Assembly (NCBI GenBank): GCA_009914755.4
Contig: CP068257.2
Span: 35,296,001-35,360,000, forward strand
DNA length: 64,000 nt
Source of the DNA: the human T2T-CHM13v2.0 reference genome, Homo sapiens
Direction of reading: 5' to 3'
Part shown: piece after piece, positions 1 to 15,665 of the stretch
Position numbering within the stretch: position 1 is the stretch's first letter
Layout of the letters: each line of letters opens with the position of its first letter
The notes under the pieces: generated by a model
What the model saw: the letters and a program-made list of their open reading frames with translations, nothing else
What the model was told of the DNA's origin: nothing
The model's database searches: none
Translations under genes and position numbers: made by a program

Positions 1-479
1 CTAGCTGTGCCTACTTAGACAAGGCTGTGAGAGGACACTTTCACAAAGAAATAAAGGTTTTATCATGTAAGTGAGCTACTGCTGACCTCACCCCTATCTG
101 GTTTCTGCAGGAAAGAGGTGTCATATTCACAAGGGTTCTGTAATGGAAGGACTGTGGGCAGAGGTAAGAGAACCCAAGAACAAGGAAGGGGTGCCAAAGC
201 ACTTGGAACCAGCAAGGGACTGAAGGAGCAAGAGGGGGAGCTGCTAATGGGAAATAATATTAATACCTTGACCTCTCTCAAATCCTGCCCATCAATCTCC
301 TGCCAGTGCAGCCAGTGATGAGAAACATCCAGAGTTAGGAGCACGGGAGCCCAGGGATGGGCCGACAGGTGAACGGTCCAGGGGCCAGCACATCTGGCTG
401 GGTGGGCTTGCTGGTTATGCGTCCCCTCTCACATCCAGCCCTGCACAACTCTGACTTAGTCCCAGCAACAACATGAACT

Positions 480-660
480 TCTACACAGCCTGATCTAGCG
501 ATGAGCCCAAATCGATTCAGCAACTCCAAAGGACTTAGGATTGATGTCATTGGCTATCTAACCCCCAGGAATATGAGTTCCTCCAGGGCTGAACTTGCCA
601 CAGGGCTTTCTAGATCCCCAATGCCTGGGACACAGTAGGCACTCAATAAATGTCTGTTAA
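480..660 (+). mobile_element. MIR SINE fragment (3' portion)
   Basis: Matches the MIR core/tail motif ...gcctgggacacagtaggcactcaataaatgtctgtt; old, diverged. Confidence 0.5.
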
Positions 661-2559
661 GCGGTCTTCCTTTTATAATGTAAAGTGATAGCTCAGGCTC
701 AGACGCTGAAAGGCCCAGGATTTACTGCATTTTTTTGTTACCTGCCAACTAGCGAAGACCACAAAAGGCTTGAGTAGAACAGTAAAAGCAGGGAGTGAAT
801 AAGTCATTTCTAATAAGGCTGGTTTTATAGGCATCACACCTCCACCAAGCCAAACAGGCTCACTGTAGAAGCGGAATCTATTCTGCAAGTGCAGAGACCA
901 AAGAGAAAGCCAGGGTTGGCTCTAACGGCGAGGGCGGCTCTATGGGGCAGCTCAGCCACTGCCTCCACAATGAGAGACGCGAACTTCCACTCACTGGTCT
1001 CGTGGGTGCGGGACCGACACCCACAGGAGTCTCTGGGGCCTTCATTAAGCCTGCCCAAGGAAAACGCCCGCCATTTGTCTCAGCCCAACACAAACAGGCT
1101 TCTGACAGAGCAGGCAGCGTGGGGGTGGAGGGCATGGAAAACGCTGGGGCTGAGCCCTGGGGGCCCATAGGCAGCCCTGCCTGGTGCACCCAGAGGTGCC
1201 CATCCTAGCCGACATGCACACCAACGTGACCATTCACACGTTCCCTTCCTTCTGATGCTGACATGTCCCCCCGCCCCACCATCCTCAGCTATTTGCCTGT
1301 TACCTGCCAGCCCCACCTGGGCTTCTTGTGGGGGCAGGGGACTCTGGCATGGGATCCTGCCCTCAGCTCTGCCACCATCAGCTGTGAGGCCGCAAGAGGC
1401 ACTCCCTGGGCTGACCGCAGCTTCTTCATTTTTCTAACGAGAAAACGAGAACATCTCTCTCTGGTAAAACGGAGCTTCAAGATTCAATGTTTAGCCTCCA
1501 CTGTTTAATTCTCAGTTGAAATTTTAACATCATGTTATGTTAAAATATATGTTACCTGGAAAGAGAGAAGCGGCCCCATATCAAGAGGCCAAGAGCTTTC
1601 TGCTCCAGGACCTTATCTTAGCAAAGGTTCACTGGTCCAACTGGCTGTCACCATGACACTTGGGAACATTCAGAGAATCCCAGGGAATAACACCTGGCCA
1701 GGCCTGGCAGGAGAGAGGGGAGCGGCGTCCAACACTGCCCTACGTGTGCAAGGAGAGGGCGGGTCTAACCCCACACACTCAAGGCCACGGTCTAAGAAGC
1801 TCCGGCTCAGAAGGTGCATTCGTTCATAGGAGAAAAGCAGAGTTTCTACTGAAAAGTGTTTTTAATAACACACAAAACAATTCCAACTTTTCCCTGAAAC
1901 TCCATCTGGCCAGTTTCCTCCGGCATGCCCACAGCTGATTCTTCTAGAAACTGTTTAACATGATTGTTAAGAATAACCTAACAACCTGTTAGGTTATTTA
2001 TCCTGCTTTCCCAGAATACAGAGCTGGACTGTGCGGGCAGCCGCTCGGGCAGAGAGGGCTGTGCACTGCCGGCCTGTCCCTGGGGTCTCTGGGGGCTCTC
2101 GGTGCACAGGAGCCAAGGAAGCAGCTCCCAATCCATTAGGGGGAAAAACCAAAACACTTTGCAAGTGTCCAAATAAAATGTGCTTACTAAATGTCTACTA
2201 TAAGCAAAATACTGGGAAAGGGATACAAAGATTAACAACATATGGTCCTTGCTTTCAAATCAGCTTGCATGACAGTTTAATGGGGAAAACAGATATTTAT
2301 ACAAATAATACAACAATAGCACTTATACAAACCACCTAAAAAAAATCTTATGGAAGTGACTAGATCTAAGGTTCCAAGTCACGATACTTGGGTTAGGAAA
2401 TTGCAAGAAAAAATTCAAATCCTATACCCGTGACACGATCATCAGTGGAATTTTCCTAGATCAGAGGGGTAGAATCCCTTTGTTGAGTATAAAAGATCAA
2501 CTATCTGTCCTCATAGCATCCGGCTGTAAGATTTTTTTATGTTCTGTAATTTAAGACTT

Positions 2560-2867
2560 TTCTTTTAAGAGATAGGGTCTTGCTTGCTCAACATGTTCCT
2601 CAGGCTGGAGTGCAGTGGCGCGATCACAAACTCAACTCCCGGGCTCAAGAGAACCTCTCATCTCAGCCTCCCAAGTAGCTGGGATTATAGGTGCACACCA
2701 TCATGCCTAGCTAATTTTTTTTTTTTTTTTTTTTTTTTTTTATCTTTTGTAGAGGTGGAGTCTCGCTGTGTTGCCCAACCTGGTCTTCAACACCTGGACT
2801 CAAGCGATCCTCCCACCTCAGCCTCCCGAAGTGCTGAGATTACGGGCATGAGCCGCTGCACCTGACC
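2560..2867 (-). mobile_element. Alu SINE, full length
   Basis: Reverse-complement Alu: gagatagggtcttgc...caggctggagtgcagtggcgcgatc...cctcccaagtagctgggattataggtg... with internal T-run (A-rich linker), ends ...gagccgctgcacctgacc. Confidence 0.9.
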
Positions 2868-5800
2868 AATTTAAAACTTAAAATCTTACTACTCTAAGAA
2901 CTTTATACACATGTGCTTTATAAATGCTGGTTCATATGAAGATGGAATATCCCCCTCAACCCTGTAGGGTGATACACAGCCATACGGAACCATCACAAAC
3001 TAGTAGGCTACTGCTTTTACTTCAAATAAAACAAATACTCCCCGGGCCAAGTAGAAACTAGAGCCGTTCTCCTGGAAGCAAAGATGTCAAAGCCTCTCAC
3101 TCTTAGAAACAACCCACAATAGGGTCTGGGCTTTGTGGTTTACTTAAAGGAAGTAACATTTGCATCTTCAAAACAAAAACAAAAGGCCCTCTTTATCAGG
3201 AAAATGTGGCAAAAGGTTCACCAGTGGTAAATCTGGGTGAAGGCTCCACAGGGCTTATAGGGTTGGTGTATGACTCTTTTACCTTTTCTTCAGTTCCAAT
3301 TTTTTTTAACAAAAAATTGGGGGAGAAATAAAGGATTTTCCCCAGAAGCTTGAAAGGCCCTGCCAGCTCCTACATGATCTGTAGATTTTTGTTCTGCTGT
3401 TAATCGTGGAATCATCAAAGAAACAGCCTTCATAAAGAATCAAAAAGCAAAACAGCAATGAAGAACACCTTTTAGCTTTTGATCTGAACAAGCCTTCATG
3501 CTGCCTTTGCCGGGGAAGGGCTGCTGAACCATTCTGAGGCAAGAACACCTCCCTGAAAAACCACAGATTTCCATCCTCATGGAGCCATCCCTCCACAGAC
3601 CCAGATCTTGTACAGCCCAAATGCAGGGCGCACTTTCCCCGAGTACAAACCCCAGTGCGTTTCATGAAGCTGTTCAGTATATGCAGAATCAGTGCATTAA
3701 TAACAGCTTATTGGCACCGAATGAAAAACACACAAGTCTTAATCTTAGGTCTTGAATTTTGTCCAGTTCCTACGTCATACCTGGCTGTAAGGGCTACAGC
3801 CGTAAGCATGCTTGGTGACTGGAGGCTGTGTAGTGAGACCTGAGTTTTGAAACCAGGATTGGTAGCTTAACAAAATTTACTGGTTGTAGAAAAAGTAAAC
3901 TTGCCTCCGGGGAGGTGAGCTCAGCCTCACCATTCTGACAGCAGCCTCTGGTGGCCAGTTTAGTAAAAAGTGTTGGCTCTCATGCTGAAAGCTCGGACCT
4001 TCCCTTCTTAATGAAGGTCGCTGCAAGCAGACAGGCCATTCTAGGTAACAGCTGGAGGTGACTGGGGAAGCTGCAGAAATCCAAACGAAGGTGTGACTTT
4101 GGACCACGTAAATCACCAAGTCATTGGATGATCTGTCTCTTGCATTAAAAAAAAAAAAAAATGAAGTACTCTCTTTCAAAAGTAGAAAAATAAATAAAGA
4201 GAACTGTTTTAAAAGGGCTCAAGTCACAAGGCAGATAATACATACTCAGTTTGAAAGTAATCTCATTCCTTACTTGCATAGAAAGCCTTTAAATATTCAA
4301 GGAGCACAGATTCCTGAACAAAATAAAGCCCAGCCTGTCTGCTTTCTTACATAGCACCCCATGGTACACTAACTCCTATGTACTGAGTGCCGGAAATTCT
4401 TCCTGCAAAGTAAGGAATTGCTCCATATGGCAGAAACTTCTAGAAAATGCTGCAACCATTCATTCAGAGAACAAAATTAAATATTCAGGATTGTAGGTGA
4501 GGCCTGATTTCTAGTGCCACAGATTCACACCATTTCACTGGATATAAATAGAGGAATGATCAGAGGCTGACAGTTGGCTTCAAAGGCAGAGAGGGTAAGA
4601 AGGAGACGCCATCAGCTTCAAGCCAACTTCTTCGTAAGGTGCACTCTGTCCTCAGCTGTCAGAGAACAATCTGGAAACAATCTGCTGAGCAGCTGCTCTC
4701 ATCAACAAACTGTTTATTGTAAGAAAGTGGCTGGGTCAAAGGCTAAACATCAACCCGAGCTGAAAGCATACAGAACAAAAATCAATACCGTCCCTGCTAA
4801 AGAGACCCAGGACTTAGCATGCAGAAAAGAGAGGGTGAGGAACTCATGTTTAGTTCTGAAAGAGTAAGAGTTGGAACAAAACCCCCATATTTCAACATTC
4901 AGGGTTCTTCTGCATATTATTCCAATTGGCGACTTGCTGCTATTTGCAGAATGGCCTTGTAATGGGGGCTAAAATGTGGCATTCAACAAGGACACAGAAA
5001 TCAACTTTGCCCTAAAAGTTACAGGGGTTAACATCAGTTGTTTCTCTCTCACATTTGTTTTGCAACAGGACCAACGTGCTCATCATACACATGTGCTTAT
5101 TATACACAATGCACAGATACTACAGTCCATCTTTAAATATGTCTAATTGGAAACTGGAAGGCTGACTGGACATGAGATTATATGAAGAGATTGTTTCATT
5201 TTAGGTATGACGGTGGAATTGTGATTATGTTTTTAAACAGAGCTCGCATCTTTCAGAGACACATACTAAAATATTTGCAGATGAGAAAACTGAAACAGTA
5301 TCTGGGAATTCCTTCCAAATAATACTGGCAGAGAAGTGGGTAGAAAGAAGTGAAATAAGATTGGCCATAAATGGATAACTGTGAAAGAGAGTGATGAGTA
5401 CAGAAGAATTCACTCATTATTTATATTTACTTTTGCATATTTGAAATTTTCTATGAAATGTTTGCTTTTACTTGTGTGTAAAGTTCAACAGTTACTTTGA
5501 AAGAAAAAAAGTTTTCTTAAATATAAGAGAAGTATTAACCTACCGAGGCAAATTAATTAAGTCATATGCCATGGTATTGCTAGGTATCCAATTTAACGTT
5601 TTTGAGCAATGTCCGAGATATGGTTGTTATGTCCTGAGTTGAACGATGGAGAAGTAGAAAGAGATGCTCAAAGTGTTCCCACTGCATACGTGCTCCAGCA
5701 AGCCAGAATGTGACACAGAAACAGATAAGACGGTTTCCCATGGTTTAATTGCAGTATGGGGCAAGAGGACATACGTGAGATGCTAGGAAAACCCAACTGT

Positions 5801-6247
5801 CATAAATAATGGGGACCAAATTGTTAAAAGACAAGTTAGCACACAAATTTTGAAAACACAATTTCTTTGTAAATTTGAGGCTGCTATATAGTGTATTGAT
5901 AATTCTTAAATTAACAGTAAAATTAGAGAATTAGCCTGAAATAAATAAAAATAAAGCAGATAGCAAAACATTATTTCATTGTGCTGAAATTAACTGTGAA
6001 GATGTATCTATGATTTTAACTTGTTCCAATATAAAGATGAAAATGGTAATAATCACAAATTCTTAGAAAAGAATGCATTCAAAGGAACTGCTTAAAAAGT
6101 TAAAAAAAATTTTTTTTAGTCTACTTGCTTTGCCAAGACCAGCATAAATACTGCAGAGAGTCCTGCAAAGGATGAGAAAGGTCATCTTGTCTACCCTCCC
6201 TCCCAACAGAACAGAGAAGGGTTTGGTCATGAGAATTTGGTGACGCA

Positions 6248-6551
6248 CCAGGCACGGTAGCTCATACCTGTGAGGCCAAGTACTTTGGGAAGCTGAGGCG
6301 GAAGAATTGTCTGAGCCCAGAAATTTGAGACCAGTTTGGGCAAAAAGTAAGACTCCATCTCTACAAAACACAAAAGTAAAATAGCCAGGTATGGCGATAT
6401 GTGCCTGTAGTCCCCGCTGCTTGGGAGGCTGAGGTGGGAGATTACCTGAGCTCAGGAGTTCAAGGCTGCAGTGAGCCATGATCATGCCACTGCACTCCAA
6501 CCTGAGTGACAGAACGAGACCCTGTCTCAAGAAAAAAGAAAAAAAAAAAAA
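6248..6551 (+). mobile_element. Alu SINE, full length
   Basis: Begins ggcacggtagctcatacctgt, has the central A-rich linker and second monomer, ends in poly(A) at 6541-6551. Confidence 0.9.
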
Positions 6552-7360
6552 GACACCCACCCTAGTGGGAAGGTGGGGCAGAGATGGGAATGGTTAATGG
6601 ATGCAAAAAATAAAAATAAATAAAAAGAACGAATAAGACCTAGTATTTGATAGCACAACAGGGTGACTACAGTTAATAATAATTTAACTGTACATGCTCA
6701 AATAACTAAAATAATATAATTTGTTTGTAATATAAAGGATAAATGCTTGAGAAGATAGGTACCCCATTTTATATGATGTGATTATTATGCACAGCACGCC
6801 TGTATCAAAGCATCTCATGCATCCCATAAATGTATACACCTACTATGTACCTATTAAATTAAAATTAAAAAAAATTTTTAAAGCCGTCTACCAAGAAAAA
6901 CTCATTTGGCCAATCTGAGACACTACACCTAACCCCAACATCACAGAAGGAAAAAATACACAGAGCAAAACCTTCAAAATTATAGACCTTTGACCTTTAA
7001 AGCATTTTATTAACTAAAAAGCTACAGAAAAACTTAAATCCTGAAATGCATCAAGGTTGCCTATGAAAAGTAATCTAGACAATCCTAGGCAGAGTCTGGC
7101 TATCCCCCCACCCCCAAATTAACCATCATTTTTTAATTTATGAAACTACTGTTTGATGTTTCTTTTAAAAGGTGTATTTTCTTATTTACGGAAATTAAAA
7201 ACAGGAAGAGGGATCAGTGGTGCCATCATTCAATCACTCTTCAGTGAACTACTCTACGTAGGATTCATTTTTGTTCAGAGAAGAGAGCAACTTACCAAAT
7301 GTTTACCTAGGGCATACAAAAGCAAACTCAGTAAGTTTTCTGAGAAGAATATTCACTTTC

Positions 7361-7724
<364 letters not shown>

Positions 7725-10460
7725 TTAAACTAAAAGTTTTTATAGACCAGTGGCTCAGGAAAGCCTCATGGTGGGTGAAACTGACAATGGTCCTATGATA
7801 CGCATGTTCAGGACCCAGCGATCTAGCTGACTGCTGATGGGCAACGCTGTTCTCCTTTCGCTCACACCTAGAATCTGAATCTCAGCCTCGGAGGCGCAGC
7901 AGCACAGTGCCAAAGCAGCCCTCCTCTTCACCCAGAGCCCCTGTCCCCTGCACTCAGACACACATGCCAGAGACCCACCAGAGACACAAACACCTACACA
8001 ACAAAATTGTGCTGTGAACCTCGTGTCAAGGGAAAGTGCATTTCCCTTTTACCAGAAATCTCCAGACCCGCTACTCTAAGTCTTCTCTCACTCTCTGGGA
8101 GAAATGACCACTCCACAAAGGCACGTTCTATCTCAGCAATCTTAAGTTTTTCTGTAGTTCTGGTTAAAACAGACATATGCACTTAAATAAATAAATATAT
8201 AAATGTATATGCATATATATTATCATAATATGTATTCATATGGTTGAAATTTTAAAAACTCAAATACCCTTAAAAGTATCGATTAAAAGACTCTGTTTTT
8301 TTAAATTAAAGCCACGTTCCTCAATTCACGAAATAAAATTTGAGTTATAGAATTTTTTTGTAAAGGACAGTAGCTCCAATGATCAATGAGAATTGAAATC
8401 ATAGTCTTTAACTCCAATATCTCCTTTTTAGAAAAAAATATTTATTTTAATTGACAAGTAAAAAGTATGTACATTTCTGGTATACCACATGATGCTTTGA
8501 TATATGTGTATGTTACGGAACAGAAACTCCAATATTCCTTCCACTGATTCTATTATTAAACCAAAGCCTAAAAACATTTTAAGAAAGAAAAGACCCACGA
8601 CACCAGCAGAGGGATAATGTAGAATTGTACTGGAAACATGGTAGTACCTGGATAGCTGTGTGGCCAAACTCGGCATGCTGTACCTGGGGAGACGCAGCCA
8701 TACACAGGCAGCTACAACAAAACAAACAAATTAGGAAGATCTCTCAGAAAAAAGGAGTCTTCCCTTCTTATCTCCAGGAGAAAGTGCCTGAGGGACCGAC
8801 AGACGGACTAACCTTGGCTGAGTCTTCCTGCTTTCACGAGGAAGCCCGCAAAATCCTCCTGGTGCTGCCCAGCATCGGCCGAGCTCCAGCACAGGAGCGC
8901 TCTCCTTGCACCCCAAGTTGTTTCTCCCCTTACCACTCAGGTGGGGGAAATGGGGGATTAAACACCACTCAGGTCCACAAACTGCCTGTCAGTTTTGAAA
9001 CCCCCGAAACACTATAAACATTTTTCCAAGACAGTCAGTGCAAATCTCCAGGCGGCATTCTCAAATCATTAGCATGCATGGAAACAAAATGTGCTCCCCA
9101 GCTATAATTCACATCCCAAGAACTGAAGGAGAACATTTATCAAATGGGATTCGGGTCTCAGACCCCGACATTCCTGAGCTGACACCACCAGCTCCGCGGC
9201 CCGGGAGCGCCAGACTCAACGGTTCCGTCATCGCCGGGCGCCCCACCGCCGCACCCACCGCCAGCTCTGGTCCTTGGCCCTGCACCTGACCACAGGAGCC
9301 CTTTGATCATGCTCTCTAACCCGGCACCAGTATGGGCTTATTCCTGGGATGTGTTTTTTGAACTGGGAGACAAAAATCCGCGTGTGAGAATGTTCTAAGC
9401 CCTTCTGGAGACAGCCTCCACCGACTTCCCTGGGAGGTGAGGCCAGAATCCATACCCGCTCACACATGGCAGCTATTAGGAAGCCCGGGTAGGAGACAAA
9501 AAGCATGTGGTCTTGGAGGATTTTTTTTATTCCAAAAGAGGCCGTTTCCCATCCACAAGTTTGTGACTGCATAAACGGTGGATATAAATAGACGGAGGAA
9601 AGAAAACCACGCTTCTTAGACGGGATGCTATCCCAAGAAGGAAAGTGCTGAGCGGGAATGTTCCCTCGGCCTCAGAGACCTTATCACCCCTTCACCAGGC
9701 CAGACAGCAAAGACCGCAACGCACAGAAGCCAGAATCATCACAAAACTAATTAAACGTGGAAAACAACAAAAGCGTTTGTGCAGATTTCCCACAAGCACA
9801 CATCTCTGCCCCGGGTATTTACTCTGCAGGCGCTGCTTTGAGGCACACTTGTGGAAACAAGATTCAAGTAAAAAGACAGGACACACAGTAGCTGAAAAGC
9901 CTTCTTCCCACAAAAATAAAACATTCTAAAGGGAGCACAGGAAAACCCCCCAAGTATGATTTCTTTTGCAATTCAACATCAAAACCCATCATGTCACCTT
10001 TTGCCATGGGTATTATGTTTGATAACAGGAAGTCAGTCAAAATGAACAAAAAATTTCCAGCGTAGGTGAAGGGCGAAGGAAGAAAGAAACGAGAGAAAGA
10101 GGTATATGAAAGACCCTTAAAAGCATTCATAGCTATAAAAGCTTTTAAATGTTTGCTTTAATCTGCTAGCTGCCTTTAGCCGGTGCCGTATTGTAAAACA
10201 GCCGCACAAGACCACAGCAGCCACATGTCAAAAGCTATTCAAGGTGCACCTGGAATTCTGACTTCCTCTCTAATTTGGATCTCTAAAAATTATTTTTAAG
10301 CTGTATTTTAAAGTTATGCCCAAAGCTTCGCCCTATCTATACATTCGAGACTCAGAACTAGGATTAAAAATAGGAGAAGGGGAGGACTCCACATCAAGTA
10401 CTATGTTAAAAAATGGCAGGCAAAGATTTTTTTTAGTGGAGAATTCTAATTAACTCATTA

Positions 10461-10777
<317 letters not shown>

Positions 10778-12715
10778 GAAAAATACATAAGCCTCTTCAC
10801 TGTCCTGTACGCCAGCTTCCTCTCCCGGGGGCAAGGACTCCTTCCCCGCCCTGCCCTACTTATCAGGGTCACTATGAGACCCAAATGAGATGGCGACACA
10901 GGTAAAAAAGCTTGGTTAACTAGAACGCATGCCACAAAGACGAGGAATTATCCCTCGTTTTCCAGAAACTTCTGCAGCAAGGGCTTGTACTTAGTAGGCA
11001 CACAGATGTTTGCTACATGAAGGGGCCAGTTAGAGAAGGAGGAACAACTGTGTGGTATGTATGACTGAGTCTAAGTTTCTTCATAAAGCTATCAACGTCT
11101 GAAAAGCAGCTCCATCTCAGTATGTTCATGTATATCAAATCATCATGCTGCATACCTTAAATATATACAATTTAAAAAAAAGTAACATAAAGGACTTCCC
11201 GGAGTAGAAGGGCCTGTACCCGTTTTTTGATATGTTTACAAGTATCTAAACTATCCTTACCAACAAAACCTGCTTTTTATGGGGGGAAAAAGTTTCACAG
11301 TAAAAATTTGGGGTTAAATCAAAATGAAATGTCATAACTAGTTTCTGTTTTTAAGTACGTATTACCCATTCCATAACTCCCCACTACCAAAATCACACAA
11401 ACACACCTCATGGTGATTTTGCCCGATCATTTCAGTAACAAACCCAGTTGTCACTTCTTGTGACAGCTACATCTTGATCCCAGCTGGACACAGGACCCCT
11501 GCTAAGAGTCCAGCCGGCTTGTGTTTCTCAGGTCACCTACACACTGTTAGCCACCGTTGGCCACGATGAACACCCACAAGGTTCCCAAGCTTTTTCATTT
11601 TGGAAAAATTCTTGTGCTCCCCAGATCCTAAGCAGATGTCCCAGGCTACGGGAGCAATGCACAAGCTCTCTAGTTCCCCAAGGTAAAGGTGCCGACCTTC
11701 CTGGGGGCAGCACGTCCAGTTCCCCAAGGTAAAGGTGCCGACCTTCCTAGGGGTGGCACATCCCACCTTCTTCTGCTTCCTCTGGACTCACTGGGGGGAC
11801 CAAAAGGGGTCCACTGGCAGGCAACTCTGCAGGGGTGGAGGGTGGGGGGCTGGCTCTGCCCCACACACAGATTCAGGTCCCAGCCGGTCCTAACCCGCCA
11901 GCTGCCCCTCCCAGTGAGACCCTGCAGAGCGTGGCAGCCTGTGCTTTCTTTCTGCCATTGCTCTGGCAGAGATAAAAAGGAAAATGGAACCCAGAGAAAC
12001 AGAAACAAGGCAGCTAGCTTCTCAACTGGGAAAGAATTACATTTTCTCTAGAACATCAGATTCGATAGAAAATAAAATCTATTAAAATGTTTCTATAAAA
12101 TATAAAAGAATTATGTTTTTTCTGGTGTTCTGTAAGGGAAAGGATTATGTTTCTTCTATAAAATCAGTGTTTCTCAAAAACATTCATGTCCCAGCACAGT
12201 AAAGATGTATTGCTGCTGACTGCCTGTCACCCACTGGTGGCGGGAAGATGTGGTGGCCACCAGGTGATCGCACCCAGGACACCCCACAGTGAGCCATGTG
12301 GTGTATCAGTCTCTCACCCACCAACATCTGCAGAGAGGAAGCCATGGAGAGGTCCCCATATATATGGTCTTGGAGAAACAGTTCAAAGGGCTCTGCCAAG
12401 AAACTGGAACATCCAAGCAGGGGTAGGGCACCCAGGGGTACCTTCCACCCACAGAAGCAAAGGGACAGCTTCAGCTCGGAGGCCCCCACACACCAACTCA
12501 GAGCTCACAGTTAACCCTGGAAGTCACAGCTGCCACAGGCCATGAACAAGAGTCACGTGTTTTACTATCAGAGCGAACCCTTTCTAAATAATATGTCAAA
12601 TATTAATATTAACCAAAGTATCAACACCTATGAGATTCCCTGCCTTTTAACATTCAAGTGTGACCATGTGTGAGATGCCTTCAAAGTCCAATGACACGCA
12701 GTCATTTGTTTTTAG

Positions 12716-12800
12716 TTTTTAATAACTAATTTGGCTCATTATAAAATAACTCATAACAAATAACCAATTTGGCTCATTATAAAATAACTAATAACTAATT
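12716..12800. repeat. Minisatellite-like tandem repeat, ~33-bp unit x ~3
   Basis: Repeated unit taa(c/t)(t/c)aatttggctcattataaaataac seen three times in tandem. Confidence 0.7.
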
Positions 12801-12858
12801 TGGCTTATTATATATATAATCATTATAGAAAATTTGGAAAATACAGAGAAAGTTTTAA

Positions 12859-13305
<447 letters not shown>

Positions 13306-13769
13306 TAACTTTTTGTCATTTTGCTGAGACCCAAATTTCAATCCTGCTCCTGGGAGGTTCAATTAAACGTGAAAGCCTTGGTCGGAGGAAGCCCAGCTCA
13401 GCCGCCCACAGCCTGCATCTCAGCCAAGCCCTGCTTCCTCTTGGTATCGTGCACAGTGACACTGATGGAGCCACACATGACTGGGTTTTATAGTGGGAAT
13501 CACACGCTACCATGGTGTCTGGGTGTCGATGAAGGTCTCCGAGCACATCCTTCCCAAATGCCAAGGGCTGACCGTCGCTGAGGCGAGTGTTTTTTCTCTT
13601 TGGGTCTTGCTACTATTCTTTCCAGTTATATCACAGTAACGGAGAAGCACATAAATCTTCTGCGCTATTCGTCATAAAGAGCAAGTGTCAAGGCACCAAA
13701 CTGTGTAAACACAGCTGGTACGCAGTAAAACTATTTAGATAACTAGCATATTTATTTTGTTCTTTCATA

Positions 13770-13840
13770 TCCCATACTATAATAGTACCTAGGACACAGT
13801 AAACGTTGAATGAAAGATGAATATTATTAACTGGGACATT
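13770..13840 (+). mobile_element. MIR fragment (weak)
   Basis: aatagtacctaggacacagtaaacgttgaatgaa resembles the MIR tail with an internal deletion. Confidence 0.3.
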
Positions 13841-14488
13841 GAAATAATTTCTGCAGACCCAAAAGAAAGTGCCACCAATATAATGGAAAACTATAAAATT
13901 ATACTATGTGAAACTGATATAGACAGAAAAAAATTAAATCTCTGAAGAACAACTTTATAGTTCTAGGGTCCTGTATGCGAGGCAGCCTAGCTCAGCAGCG
14001 ACACCCTGTGGTGAGAGATCTTTGACTCCCAGCAACAGAGTGTCTTGCAGGGCACAGGAAGCAGAAAGCCAGCCCAGGCATCCAATCCCTAAGGCAGGCG
14101 ATGAGCCAAATGGACGGGCAGGATTTAGCAGATGACTGGGTGCCAAGATCCTCTCCATGGAACTTAATTCCGTGAGGATGACTGAGATCTGTTAAGTAGG
14201 GATGCCAGAAAGAAAACCAAATACAAAGCACAAACCCAATTCCATTCCCAGTCTCTGTGGTCCAGATCTATAAATACTGACCCATAGCACAGTGACTAGA
14301 TGCAGGAGGAATTCAGCTGCCTCCGGAAAGACCACCTCAGGCAGTGCATATCCACCTTCAAATTCATTTGCACTATAATCCTTTAGAGAACTTGTATTCC
14401 AAGAAAACATCATATAAAACCTTGACTTCTGCCATTTCCTTCTACAGCAGATTCAAGGACACCTAAGCAGAGTTAATAAACATTAAGA

Positions 14489-14777
<289 letters not shown>

Positions 14778-15577
14778 ATAAACATTAAGAAATGAGGATA
14801 TGTACAACATACACGTACTCATTCCATTCCTTGGGCTCCCAAAGTAAAGCAGAATTCAGTCAGAAATAAGCAGCTGAGAGGAAAGTAGTCCACAGCACAG
14901 ATATCCAAGAAAATCAACAAGGCCAAGTGGAGGGCCCGCAATGGGAAGTGAACATTTCTGAAAATAATTATTTTCCAAAGTTATTATGTAATAAGGGGCT
15001 TAGTAGGGAGTGTCCATGTATGTGTATACAGAGCAAATATTTGCTTTAATCATGTTCAAGCATTTCATTCCCAAAGTTTGTGAAAGGGGAAATCAATACT
15101 CCCTCAATTGATCAATGAACAGGTGAAAAAGTATCACCTCCCACTGCCCCAGGCTGTTTAAAAAACTGGAAGGACAAAAATGTGAAGCATCTGTTGTGTG
15201 CTTGAATATAAGCAGACACATGATACAAAGCCCTGACATGGGTATTTCAGGTTATACTCATCCTAAATACACCAGAAATGCCAAGAGTTCCAAACTTCCA
15301 CTCACAAGAGAATAACCTGGGGCAGGGCCACTCTTCCTATCCACTACTCTGTCCAAGAGTCCGGAGGTCAAGTCCGAAGACCAGCATGATCAGAACTCCG
15401 AGAAAGGGCAGGGAGCTCTGCCAAGGGCAAGGCCAGGCCACCTCACTCCCGGACTTCCCCAGCTGGGAGCCTCAGAGCAGGCACTGGCTAAGGTAGCCAG
15501 CCCCAGCCCTCCATCCCCAGGAAAAGGCGACAGAGAAGGTCTAGGGGACTGGCAGTGCTCTCAGATTTTCTATCTGT

Positions 15578-15665
15578 CTTCTCCAAGTGAGCCCATCACA
15601 CCCAGATAGCTCATAGCTCTGCTCTCCTCCAAAAACTAAGGGACACAGTGTAACACAAAAGAAAG
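15578..15665. repeat. Direct repeat copy A (~88 bp, ~91% identical to 16863..16950)
   Basis: tcttctccaagtgagcccatcacacccagatagctcatagctctgctctcctccaaaaactaagggacacagtgtaacacaaaagaaa. Confidence 0.8.
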
